64,000 nucleotides of DNA from Takakia lepidozioides (taxonomy: Eukaryota > Plantae > Bryophyta). The stretch spans positions 67,580,001-67,644,000 of the forward strand of contig CM060731.1 of the NCBI GenBank assembly GCA_030704615.1, read 5' to 3'. Both the position numbers and the translations under genes were made by a program. The notes under the pieces were generated by a model. It did no database searches. It was not told the DNA's origin and saw nothing but the letters and a program-made list of their open reading frames with translations. Of the stretch, positions 49,001-61,548 are shown in pieces (the first letter of the stretch is position 1; each line of letters begins with the position of its first letter).

Positions 49001-52000
49001 TGACTCTGTGGACTCTTCCCATTCCGGAGAGTTGTCTGTTTAACAATGTTCAATTTGCATTGCAGTATGCTGATCGGCAACCGATTGGACTGGAGAAGGT
49101 GATTAGGGGGGTGAGTGGGAAACGTGTTAAAGAATTTTATCACCGCTGGTATCGACCGGAGAATATGGCAATTGTAGCCGTTGGAGACTTCTCAGACACA
49201 GAGGTATTCCTCATGAAGTTGTTCACTTTTACTCTGCCCATCTGCAACATTCTTTCACATCCTTTTTTTTTTGGTCCCTTCCATCTCTATTCTTTTAGCC
49301 GCTTTATCTTCAGGTAGTGTTCCTGCCAGATTCTTTGTTAATTGTAATTTTGTTGGGATTCTTTAACCACAAGACTACTTGAGGGAGATCAAAGAGGGAT
49401 CTATCCTGCATTTGTCTGATAACAAAGGTGTTGTAATCATATTGGGGGCTGTGTGCCCTGCATATGTCCATTATGTAATTGTCGTCTCCATGTAACAGAT
49501 TAAAGCTTTGGACCACGTTATGACAGACCTACATTCTGGCATGTATCTTAAATGTCACCCAGAGAAGAGCGCGGTCAATGACTGCTAACAGTGCTTGTGC
49601 TTGTAGGTCGTTGTCGATCTTATTAAACATCATTTTGAGCAAAAGCGTTCACATTGGAAGGATGGGCCACCTCCAAAGATACCCACATTCCCAGTGCCCC
49701 CGCACGAGGAGCCCCACTTCTCATGTTTTGCAGAAGCAGAAGCAGGAGGGGTAAGTCCACATTTATTGATTCTTTGGTTTCTGGTTCATTTTTGCATGTA
49801 TTTGAGCTCTCCTAGACTATAGATTTCAGTTTGACAGAATAGGTTGAGCATTGGAGTTTTAAGTGTCTTCGTGAAGTTGGCCTGCTCAATGGGTGTTCTA
49901 CATAAGTTTGTATATGTTCTGGAGTTGGTAGGCCATATAGGAAGGCAACCGGTTTACTTTGGCACCATCTTTGACCTGCACTACATTGTACATTTTGCAT
50001 TCATGACTGTTGTTGTGTTACAGTCTGCAGTAATGATGAGCTGCAAGGTGCCTGCCAAACAAGATACAGCAATCAGGGACTACCAGTTTTTGTTGGCAGA
50101 GCAAATGTTCCACAGTGCTCTGAACCAGAGGTTCTTCAAGATCTCAAGGCAACAGGCTCCGCCATTTTTTTCCTGCATTTCATCAAGTGAGAACCTGGTT
50201 CGCCCTATAAAAGCCTACATCATGTCTGCTAGCTGCAAGGAGCGTGGAACACTCCAAGCTTTGGAATCCATTCTAACAGAGGTGAGGCCATCTTTCCAGG
50301 GGTGCAAAGCTCGTCAAGTTCGTAATCCTATTGTGCTACATCAAGGAAGTTTTCCACATACAGAAGGCATTAGGAGTTCCCAATCTTCTGGTGTAGGGGA
50401 CATTGCCATCTTGGTTTGTACGGAAGTTGGAAGGATCAAACTCGTTTGTCACATCTAATATGTATGGAATGTCATTGTCATCTCTCTGGGGGCCTCCTGT
50501 GGACATTAGAAGTTTATTTATTTTTCTGCTAGTCTCTCAGCGTTGCAAGTAGCCACAGCTGGAAAATGGACAAAAGAAAGAAGAGGATACCTAGAAGCGA
50601 GGGTAAATTATGGTCTCTTTCACACCATGGACATCTTCTAAGTGTTGTAACTGGGGCAATGTAGACACCTTCAAGTGACTAGTTTACACAGACATCCTAT
50701 CAACAAATGCATTCATGCTGTTCTCTCTAAATTTTCAGTCTTGGTTCAATGTAATAGCTACTAGTTTCAATGTGATCTGTCTTTGCTAAATCCTAACAGT
50801 AAAATTATGACTGCGTCCTTATGTATTAGACTACTAGATAAGGCAGATCCCTCTCACAGTAACATCAAATGCTCAAGCAGCTGTCAATTCTGGTGGGACA
50901 GGCAGTAGGTGAATTCAGTGACATGCACTCTCTCTTTCCAAGTCTTCCATACTGAATTGAACTTTCCAGTTTTATATGTAGTGGTTCCCTCCTCCATGAG
51001 CTTCTTACGACATAGACCTTCTCAACTATAGTCCTCGGTGTGGCTAGCCCAACTATCTCTATATATTGAACAAGTTTAGTTGTAGCTTTGTATTATGTTT
51101 AGCAAGTTTGACCTAGCCTTGTGGCAATTTCTTCATATTGAACAATTTTATTAGCATTTTCTTATCGTTCTGTGTGTCCCCATTGAAGGTTGCTAGAGTG
51201 CGTCGCCATGGATTCTCAGAGCGAGAAATAGCATTGGTGCGTGCCTTCTTGCTGGCAGATATCGAATCAGCATATCTGGAGAGGGAGCAAATGCAGTCTA
51301 CAAGTTTGCGTGAGGAGTATTTGCAGGTCTAGTTTCTCTTCTCACTTTTCCATTCATTCCGGTTTCTTTCCTGTCGTCCATTGTTTCAGGTTTCGTCCTG
51401 TTGCCGTTGTTTTCATCACAAATGCTTTGTTACATAGGATGTGGCTATCTTTCAATCCTTGGTTATCTCTCAAATGTTAGTTTAGAGTGTTAGTAGGAGT
51501 AGGCTCTCACACTGATATATCTATTCTCATGTTCTGTTTATTTTAGGCTTATTTGTGCGTAGATGGGTTTGGCTGCTCTCTAGTAGACTTCTGGGGTGTT
51601 TTTGGCTCTGTGCTCAAATGAGATCCAAGTTCAGATCCAAGGACAGACAGAGATACTGACTGGGGTGCTTTTTGCACAGTATTTGAGGGTTATAACTCAT
51701 ATTCTTGGTATGGGTTGTCCTTACCTCCAGTTACTCTAACAAACTGTGACACTGCTGCTCTTTCTTCATCTTTCAGCACTTCTTGCGAGGTGAACCAGTT
51801 CTTGGAATTGAGTATGAGGCACAGCTTCAGAAAACTCTCTTACCAGGTATGTGAATGCTCATAGAACTACTACCTAACCTTGTCAAGTATAGTGAAACTT
51901 GATTCATGGTATACGTGCTGTGTGATTTGGGCTTAGTCAATAGAGGGGTGAATTCTCAATATTCTGTTCCCTTTCTAGCTGAGCCTCATGGTCGTTCAAT

Positions 52001-55000
52001 CTTATTGCATGGTGGATGGATGTATGGCATTTGGAGAGATTTCTTTTTTATGTGCTTAAGCCTCTATGAACAGAAATCTCGGCTGCGGAGGTTACAAGGA
52101 TTGCAGAATACTACCACACCAAGTGCAACTGTGTTGTGAAGACTGTCGAGCCTCGTGCACGGGCAAGTCTAGAGGACTTGAAAGCAGTTGTCTCTAGAGT
52201 CCATGCTCTTGAAAGCCGGGGGGATATTCCTCCCTGGGATGAGGAGCATATTCCAGATGACATTGTTGAAAACATTCCAACTCCGGGGTACATCCTACTT
52301 CCTTCTTCATTAGCTCTGTTTGCAAATCGTGAGTGCTTTGCTTTTAAGGAAAAAATGAAAGGCCTGCAATGCCTCAAATATGAGCTTGAGTATACCCTTA
52401 CTGTGTAACTTTACAGCAATCAAGGTCTCAGTAGAACTTCTTTGGACCTTCAACTACGGAATGCATTTTATCTGCCTATTCTAGGGATGATGGTCCCCTC
52501 GTACATAAGCAAGGAAAACACTTTGGGAGCTAGTGTTTGTGTGGATTTTGGGAATCAAAGCTAATACTTGCTATGGAATGTTTGGCTTTCCATTTTGAAT
52601 AACTACCACCCAGGGATATTGTTAACTCGCAACTTTATCCTACATCGTATATCCACGCAGTCAATGAGGTCTACATATAGAGCCTAACACCTTTTCCTCC
52701 TTGTGTTTTGTGGATACAGCTCGGTGCTTGAAGAAAGAGAGTTCACTGAGTTTGGGGCAAAAGAGTTGATCCTGAGTAATGGGATGCGTGTGTGCTACAG
52801 ATGCACCGACTTTCTTCATGACCAGGTAAGTTTTGACCTTAGTCACAGAGGTGAAATAAAGTCTCCAGGTTCTGACTGAAGTTCAGCTGTTGAAAGTAAC
52901 TAGAAAGAAAAGATATGAACTTGGCTCTGGTTGCACACTTGGTTTAACTGGTATTCGTTTTGTGGCTTGGCACATCCTTGTTCTTTTTGGCTTTTTTTAA
53001 TATTTTCACACTGTCATTTACTCTCTTTTGTACCAATGATATTAACCTTATGTATGCTGATGCCTAGATTCCTTTCCTTGAGGTAAAGAATTTTGTATGT
53101 CGAAGTATCAACCCATGTTATGTAGTTCTCTTTCTTACACTGGATTGATCATGTAGGAGGTTTCTTGTCGCATTATGACAATGTGAGAATGTATCTTTTG
53201 GTTACAGGAGTAAGTTCTGGAGTAATGTGTGTAGTAACATCACAACTTATGGCATTAATAATTTTGCTAACATGTTGGGTTTCTGTGGACATGTTTTTTC
53301 CTTTTCAGGTGTTGTTCAGCGGCTATGCATATGGGGGACTTTCTGAGGTCCAAGAGAGCGAATTTCTTTCTTGTTCGATGGGTTCAACTATAGCTGGTGA
53401 AATTGGGGTCTTTGGGCATAAGCCACCCATACTTCTGGACATGCTTGCAGGAAAACGTGCTGAGGTGGGCACCAAAGTGGGTGCTTACATGCGCACATTT
53501 TCTGGGGACTGCTCTCCAGCAGATTTGGAGACAGCTTTTCAGGTCACACCCCAGCCCTTGGCACTTGAATTTTTAGCAAAACAGAATAGGCATCAAGGTT
53601 GGGTGGATTTTGGGCAATGGTATGTTGTACCATTTGGGTGTTTCGTGGTTAAAACTTTCTAAATTATTGCCTGAAGAAGAAGTGCTTCATGCCAGTAAGC
53701 TGCCAAGCTCTTCTACTCCCTCAATGCTGAAGGTGGAAAATGGGTTGGCCTTAAGGTATCAATAGCTGTAGCCAAACAACCACTGCTGTGGATCAAAAGT
53801 TTCTCTTATCAGGAAACTGGCAAGACCCCAGATCAACATCCTGATAAGAGAAGAGTTTGAGCCACAGCAGTGGTTGTTTGGATACAGCTGAAGGCCAATT
53901 CGTTTTTCTCTTGTGCATTATTCCTACTAGAGAATGTATCCATTGTGAGGTCTGTAGAGAGGTTATCTGACACCAGGCCTCTGTTGTGTGAAACTTCTCA
54001 CAGCTTCTCTACCAGCTGTTCATAACGAGTGTGGAACCAGGGGATGAAGAGGTTAAACTTGTAATGCAAATGACACGAGAAGGGATTAAGGCTCAAGAAC
54101 GAGATCCCTTCACCGCCTATGCCAACCGTGTTCGAGAACTCAACTATGGCAACTCGTACTATTTCAAGGTGAAAGTTCTCAATATGCAACATCTTAACTA
54201 GTGGATGCTCGGGAGGCATTTGATTTGTGCTGTCTTCGGAGGTAGGACACTGTGATGTCCTAACCACTGTAACTAGTTTCTGGGCTTTTCTGTTCGACCT
54301 CTTTCAAACACTAAAGCTCCAGCCAACTTCTCTGTGAGCTGCACTCTATGCTGATGATTAATGTGGTCTATGGTAGCATCGTCACACTATATTGCAACCA
54401 TTTTGAGTGGGTGCGTTTTCTTGTGTCGTGTGCAGCCCATTACAGTCAAGGAGCTCAACAAAGTCAACCCCAAAAAAGCATGTTTGTATTTTGACAGTTG
54501 TTTCAAGGATCCATCAGCATACACAGTGGCGATTGTGGGAAACCTTGATACAGCCAAGGCGTTACCGCTTATTGTTCAATATCTGGTCTGTGCCCTTCTA
54601 TCGTTTTATCTAATTCAAATCCTTCACACGAAAATTTTCTATAGTATGTGTTCTGTTCTTCGCTTTCTGGTTTCTAAAGGTCGGGTTGTGTGCTTAGCTG
54701 ACCCGGAGAGCATTTGATGGATCAGGGTGGAATTCCGACACCAGATAAGCCAGTGATGCAGTACCAACGTGATGACTTAAAAGCCCTACCATTTACTTTT
54801 CCGGCTGGTATTGTAAGGTATGGCCGTCAATTGTTGAGACCATGTTATATATGTTCGTATCTCTGCTGTCATGACAGAGGATTGGATTCAGGTTATATAG
54901 CAGAAGTCATAAGGTTGGCAAGGTTTGATCACAAAACAAGACCTATGGTAGGTCAGACCCAGCTGAATATGGGCCTTCATAGCTGTGTTCACTCTGGTGG

Positions 55001-55310
55001 GAACTGTCTCATAACCTCATATGTCCATGAAGTTTGAATGTGGGGTTGCTGCTGACAGGGAAGAGGTCCGGCGATATATGGTGGAAGCTCAGTGTTCAGT
55101 TCAAATAACTTTCCCTGTCGAGTTGAAAGGCCCTACGGTGGTGAGCAAATTATTGTTTCTCTACTTAGGAAGCTTTGAAAGAATTGAAAAGATTTTTTGT
55201 CCTACTGGAAGATACTACTTCTGACTAATTTTCATCCTAAAGGTTGAGCAGCATGAAGGTGGGGGCTATGTATAGGCTGTATACTCCATTGCAAAAAACT
55301 CTCATATAGG

Positions 55311-55345
<35 letters not shown>

Positions 55346-58300
55346 GGAGTTGATTGATTGCGCGAAGAGATACTTTGATCTTTGGGGGCTAGAGGCTAAT
55401 GTCAGCAAATGTGCAGTGGTAGCATTCAACGACAGAGGAGAGGGAGGAAGTGATCTTAAGTGGCAGTGGGGTAGCCAAGAGATCCCGGTCCTCCCTTCCT
55501 ACACTTACCTGGGCGTTGAGTTCTCCTCCAATTGTAATTGGGATGCACATATCCGGAAAGTTGTTCAAACTGGCAAGGGCAAAGCTCTGGGGCTCACTAA
55601 ATTTTTCCACTGCAGAGGGGTCAACTCTGAGGTTAAGAAAACCATGCTTTGTCGCGTTATTAGACCTGCCTTGGAGTACGGATCTGCTATATGGGTTGAT
55701 AACTCCAACCAGGCTAAGTCTCTAGAATCCATTCAAGTGGGGGTGCTTAAGGAGTGTATGTCAGCATGCTCCAAAACAGCCAATGTGGCTGTTCGGGGTG
55801 AGTTTGGCATTCCGTCCTTAAGCTCCCGACGAGATGAATTCAAGGTCAGATGGTGGGGTCAGCTGCAACATATGCCCAACACCAGATATCCTAAATTAAT
55901 CGACTCTATATCTTGGAAACAGGACCGCCCTGTCAAACAGGCTAAGTCCTGGCAGAAGAGAGTAGAAGAGATCCTCAAGGACCTGGACCTGGATCCGCAA
56001 ATCTTGACCCTGCTGGATAAATCTGACTTAGAGGCTGTAGTGTCCTCAGCCATGTCTGTTGCCATGAGATTGTCTGATGAAAATGAAGTTAGGCAGAAAA
56101 CTTCCCTGAACTTGTTTCCAGTCTGTGACATGGGGGAGGACATCTTGGATGACCTCAAGGGTCTACCCACTCTCGGCACTAGACTGAAATTTAAACTCAG
56201 GGCAGGAAGCCTACCTTTGAACAGCAAACAGAAGCAGAGAGGAAAGGGAGAGTGCAATTGCCCGTTGTGTGGGCAATCTGAAGACAGTATTCATTTTCTG
56301 ATACACTGTCCGGGGTTCTCTCACCAAAGAGACGCTCTCTTCAAATCTATTAAGGGAATTGTGCCTGTACCCCTGTTTACCAACTTTGAAAGTCTCGAGG
56401 CTGAGCCAAAAGCCCAGGCCCTCCTGAGGCCTAGTTTTTGGGCAAATCACACACAGCAGATTGATGCTTGTGTGAAGGGATTTCTAGAGGATATCTGGAA
56501 AACCCGGATTAATTCTTTATATGGAGGTAAGTCTTACTACCAACGTCAGCCCCTGACAGAGGTAGGTTCTGTCCCTTTTGTTCCCGCTCAAACTGGGCGC
56601 AGGGTCAATGGCCACAAGGCTACGGCAAACAACGTCTTATGAGTACAATCTCTCTCTCTCTCAGTGGCCACAAGGCTACAGCAAACGTCTTATGAGTACA
56701 TTCTCACTCTCTCTCTACTACCAGCGTCAGCCCCTGACAAAGGTAGTTTCTGTCCCTTTGCGTTCCGCTCAAACTGGGCGCGGGGTCAATCGCCACAAGG
56801 CTATGGCAAACAACATCTTATGAGTACATTCTCTTCTAAAAGCTCATCACCGTGCCTAAAGCCCTGGCTCTGTTGAGGCTAACTGCTGGGTACTTTCCAG
56901 TGGGGTACTCCAAAGGAAGATGTAACCAAGCCTCACAAAGGCTGGTGTCTCCGTCTTTCATGAGTGTTAGTTCCAACATTTTGACTCGCCTCATTGTTTG
57001 CATCAAAGATGGAGGAGGTGCACTATACAGGATTCATCTGCAAGATGCTGGAAACCAAAATTATGCAGGTCCTTCGCTTCAAGCATGGCCAGGTACACCC
57101 CCCTCACTCATTCTGACCATAAAGCCAGCGTTTTGTGCAGCCAGCTTATGCCTGTGGAAAGATTTCTGTTTTCGGCTGACAGACTCACCATTTTGTTTTA
57201 TTTTTCCGCCGGATTCAGGGCAGATGAGGGCAGATCACTGCATCTATCTCCAACATTGGGATTATGTATTTTGTGTTTGTTTGTTTGAAGAAGTTAGTTC
57301 CTCCCTTGATTGGATGTAGAAGTGGGTATAATCCGATTTGTATCATTGCATCTAAGATCAAATTAGCATCCCCGAGAGTTGGGATGTTGGAGGAAGACTG
57401 AGTACTTGGGGCGCAGTTAGCTTTTGTAGCAAAATCTGAGACTATATTTTCATAGATCCCACTATTTTGCAGAGCTGGGTGGCCAGTCTTGAAATACCTT
57501 TGTAATTGTTCCAACTGTCTGAAATGAGGGGCTGAAAAAACAAAGTGGGCCTCCCTCTGGGATTCTAGGATACTCTTTTGCTATGAGCGTCACACAGTCT
57601 GCAAGATTTACGTATATGATCATGTTTTCTTGTTGGTGTTTTGCTGTATTGGTATTCCAGCACCTTCTTTCGGGTCTTTCATTGATGAATGCTAGCCTTC
57701 CTCTCGAAAGTGTTCCCTTGCTACCACGATAATTGATCTGTACTCTGTGATCTCTGCATACCCATCAGGCAGAAATCTCTTGTTGTACACCCACAGAGCA
57801 GTGATGAGAGATTTCCAGACTTATAAATGCCAGTTCTGCTTCTGATCCTGCTGATGGACAAACTGGTCATAGTCTGAGCTCTGGGGGCTTGATTTTTCTT
57901 CGCGGGTCTGACTGACGAAACCGTAGTGCATGTGAGCTGCAAAGCCTCCCTGGTAATAAATCCTCATCAGTATGGAGATGAGTGATCTTCTTCGTAGGAA
58001 AGTGGAAAATAGATCTCAAAAAGTGGCTCTTCCAGCTCTTTCATGAACAGTGCAACACTATTGATTTAGACCACTAGAGTACCTTGCCTCTGATTATCAC
58101 AAGAAAGTGTAAATTGAAAGAAGCTAATGGAGTTTTCAATCACTGGGAATCAAGGAACACAACAGTTTTGTGTGTGGAAAAAGTGCTAATTGTTTGGGTC
58201 ATTGGTTGTCTTAATTATTGCAGGTGTACTCTGTGGCAGTTTCTGCATTCTTGGGAGGTAGCAAACCGTCAAGAGTTGGTAATGTGCGTGGGGATGTTGC

Positions 58301-60024
58301 CATCAGCTTCTCATGTGACCCCGATAGTGCATGGACATTGGTATGCATCCTTGCTCTACCTTACATGTTTTTGTGCCAGTTATTAGCCTTGAATGACCTA
58401 GCGTCAACTTCTTAGTTGTAAGGGTTGCTATCTATGCCAAACATCATGAGGTTTCAGTATTGTTATTGCATCCTTATGGGAGGAATGGATTGGGGCTCTC
58501 ATGATAGTTTATAACAGTAGTAGCCACTTTCTAGCCTAATGTCCTGCTACCTGGACTGCTACCTACACATGTATTGGTCCCAAGTATGTTTGCTGGAGTT
58601 TGCTGAATACCTTGTAACTAAAGCCTTAGTGCCATGATTGTGTGAAGGTGGACCTTGCCTTACAAGAAGTAACACGGCTGCAAGATGAAGGCCCTACAGC
58701 TGAAGATGTGGAAACTGTGCTCGAGCTTGAGCAGCGTACTTACGAGAATGGACAGCAGGTCCGTATCTTGTTCACTAATGTTTGGATGAATGGACAGCTG
58801 ATTTCTTAGTAGTTTTTTGCGGTTTAGCAATTGTTCTTATCTTTGGGGCCAAAGCAGATTGTTGAAAGATGGTGTCAAGGGTGTTTGGTTTTTCTGTCGT
58901 CGATAGGATCTGCATTACCTTGTATTATTGTCTGTAAGCATAGGGAGTGCTGAATGAAGAAGTAGGTATGTAAACCAGCTGCAGGACTTGGTGCCTTTTG
59001 ACCAGCTCGAATTGGTCAGAGAAAACCAATTGTAAGCGACAGGAGTAGTGCCAGGCCTCTGACTCTTGAATAAAAGCTGTGCCACACCATTTGTGATAAT
59101 AATGACTATTTAATTATAATGGCAAAGAATAACTCGCCACAGAGGCACCTTACTAGTTGGGTTTAGGGAGTTGTCTACATGTATGTGCTGAATTGAGCAA
59201 GCATGCTCAAAGGCCTTTCTGTACCGCTTTTAGAGATGTGCCATCTTATAAGTGGGCATCATGTTGCAGGAAAACGGGTATTGGCTGGACCGTTTATTAC
59301 GAGCTTACCAGTCTCGAGCCTACTCAGGAGATTTGAATGCCTCATTTCAGGCAAGCTTTATTTAAAGTTTGGATCCCAACTCCTTACTAGGTGTTGTCCA
59401 CTTGTTGGTCAGATTATCAGTTGTACATTCCCAATAAGAAATTTCAGTTTTGATGTTGCGCTCATTGTCCTTATCTCAGGCTCATGGAAAATATTACATT
59501 TGAAGGTTGAGGGGAGTTTGGGGAATCACATGAAGAGAGGGAGAGAGGGAGTGGTGATATTCAGTGATCAGAAGCATGGTGCTAATAAGGAGAAACTGCA
59601 GGCCCAGGAAGCATGGCGAAAGGCAGTGAGGACAGTGTTGACTCCGGTGACCATGCAAGAGGCGCTGCGGCGCATTCTGCCAGTACCTTGCCAAGAGCAT
59701 CACACAGCAGTCACACTCATGCCCAAGAGCCCTCACCTGAAACAGTTCCTGTCGAGCCTCATCAAAACCAGAATGAGTCTGAGTGCAGAGAGTAAGGTGG
59801 GAAAAGACTTGAGCTAAGATTGCCTCAAATGTTCAGGTTCCAAGCCATGGCTCACTTGGAAGCAATGAATCATGTTTATAATTTGCGTATAAGTTTCTTT
59901 GCAGTCCGGATTATAAAGAGGGATCGATATACTGAACACGGTGTGGTTCATGCAGGTAGTTCTGGCTGCAGCAGGGGTACTTGTTTTTGGAGCTGTCTTG
60001 TGGCGTTATTCTGCAAGGACCTAA
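46065..60024 (+). CDS. PQQL: PqqL-like M16 zinc protease with C-terminal hydrophobic tail, 21 exons
   Basis: Approximate exons 46065-46264, 46711-46957, 47303-47428, 49066-49203, 49607-49750, 50023-50281, 51189-51326, 51777-51846, 52074-52287, 52719-52825, 53309-53542, 54004-54168, 54436-54584, 54726-54817, 55059-55140, 57009-57092, 58224-58340, 58648-58758, 59270-59350, 59602-59796, 59956-60024. Motifs GVLENGLQYYVR, AHIVEH (HxxEH), FYHRWYRPENMAIVAVGDF, LSNGMRV. Ends VVLAAAGVLVFGAVLWRYSART*. Confidence 0.93.
53764..53889. repeat. Intronic fold-back (~50-bp arms, ~24-nt loop), MITE-like
   Basis: agctgtagccaaacaaccactgctgtggatcaaaagtttctcttatcagga pairs with tcctgataagagaagagtttgagccacagcagtggttgtttggatacagct, with few mismatches. 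Confidence 0.85.
55313..56834 (+). mobile_element. 5'-truncated LINE (RT C-terminal part, thumb, CCHC finger; RTE-X-like) plus two shorter stacked 3' ends, all joined by (TC)n, in PQQL intron 15
   Basis: (CT)n at 55313-55343. Uninterrupted ORF to 56642 with WGLEANVSKC, YTYLGVEF, RPALEYGSAIW, KLRAGSLPLN, CPLCGQSEDSIHFLIHC. Then (TC)7, copy 2 (~56661-56701), a TC tract, and copy 3 (~56714-56834), each ending cttatgagtaca(a/t)tc. Confidence 0.92.
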
Positions 60025-61548
60025 ATTCTTGCCATGGGCTTGTAATGTCTCAGTAGTTTACCTGCCAGGATATTTATCAAATCAGATTCATACATCAATT
60101 TTGGCTGCCTCGTCTTCTGAAATTGGGGGAATTATATAGTTAGCAAGGTGTAAGAAGATAAGAGCGGAGAGTTGTATTTTTAGGGTGACTGCGGAGATGC
60201 CACACCATTTGTAGGATTCCACACCAATACAAAAATGTCCGAAGAGGTTATCTGTTTCTTTTGCTGCTTGAAATGTGACCACTCGTATGTTTTGAATCAG
60301 AGGGGGCACATGCAGGGCTATTTTCCTTCTCTGTCTGTCCTCCATCTGTCTCTCTGCCATGATGTGCTCCATACCAACTAGAGGTGCGGTCCATGGCAAG
60401 CAATCTCTGATGAGCACATACACCATCCCTCTCGACAGTGGAAAGCTTCACAATCTTGCAGATACAATGTCGGTGGAGAGAATTGTGAGCCCACTGCACT
60501 GCAGTCAGTGGCCTCAAGCATGTGTAGCCCTGTGTTACACTTATACACCAGAAGGGTGAGGTTCCGCAACTGCGCATGTTCGATAGTGCATCACCTATGA
60601 AACATCGGTTGTGCTTGCAATGAACCTTTTGATGCAATGTGAGCGTGTGATGGAGGATTGTTGTGTTTCGGTTCCACATCAAAGAAGATAAGAAAGCCCC
60701 TGCTCATTCTTGTGTGCAAGGCATGGACACAAGAGTTGCAGGGCACGTCCTCTGGATGGTGTGAGGTCAATCCAGCTCAGGATGGTGCGACACATCATGA
60801 ATTGATGACAGTCCAAGCCCCCTGAACAAACAAGGCAAGATGGGTTCAGACGAGTGTTGGAAGGCAAGGGATGTCTAGTGAATTCAGGTCTTGCCTGGTC
60901 CATTGGCAGGGAATGGTCAATCACTAAATCTCCCTTAAACCTCCCTTGGTTCTTCAAACTTGGCATGAATCCTGTGGTCTGCAAGCACAACCGAGTAAGG
61001 TAGTCAAGTTCTTTACAAACATCTGTGAACTTTTTGTTGTCAATCTCCTACTGTGTCATGTGGATAGTTGGTGTTATGTCAAATTTTTTATTTCATAAGT
61101 AGCAGTTTTAATACTTATATCAGCCGCATAACAACTGGCTTGGATTGAATGTTTCCAACCTAATGTGCAGGGAATCTGATTCAGTGCTGAAGAAGATAAT
61201 TGACTATGCCACTCTGGAGATCAAAACCCTGGTGATTGCTGAGACTGTTGTGCCCTACGACCGATAGAAGCTGTACAACTATGTGAAACAACAGTTGGAT
61301 GCATCAATGTGATTAGTGAGGCACAGAAGTGCAGTTCTCACCATGGTGAACTTGGCACCTATAGAGACTAGTGTCCACCCAGCAGCACCACCCCATGCCA
61401 ACACACCCGGAAACAAACTCCACACCACACACACGCACGCACTCCACAGCAGCGACCACCAAACCTGCCATCATAGCCCACCACCCTGTGAACACTCACA
61501 CACACAAGGAACGCCAACAGAACATGACATCAGGAAATGCTAGAAATG

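Noticed and set aside
60056-60080. gtttacctgccaggatatttatca resembles an Agrobacterium T-DNA border
   Set aside because: It lacks the essential TATATCCTG core, and there is no second border or T-DNA gene. It is a chance match in a 3' UTR.
60088-60990. Minus-strand ORFs of 103-144 aa downstream of the protease
   Set aside because: They overlap in several frames with no recognisable motif or splice pattern.
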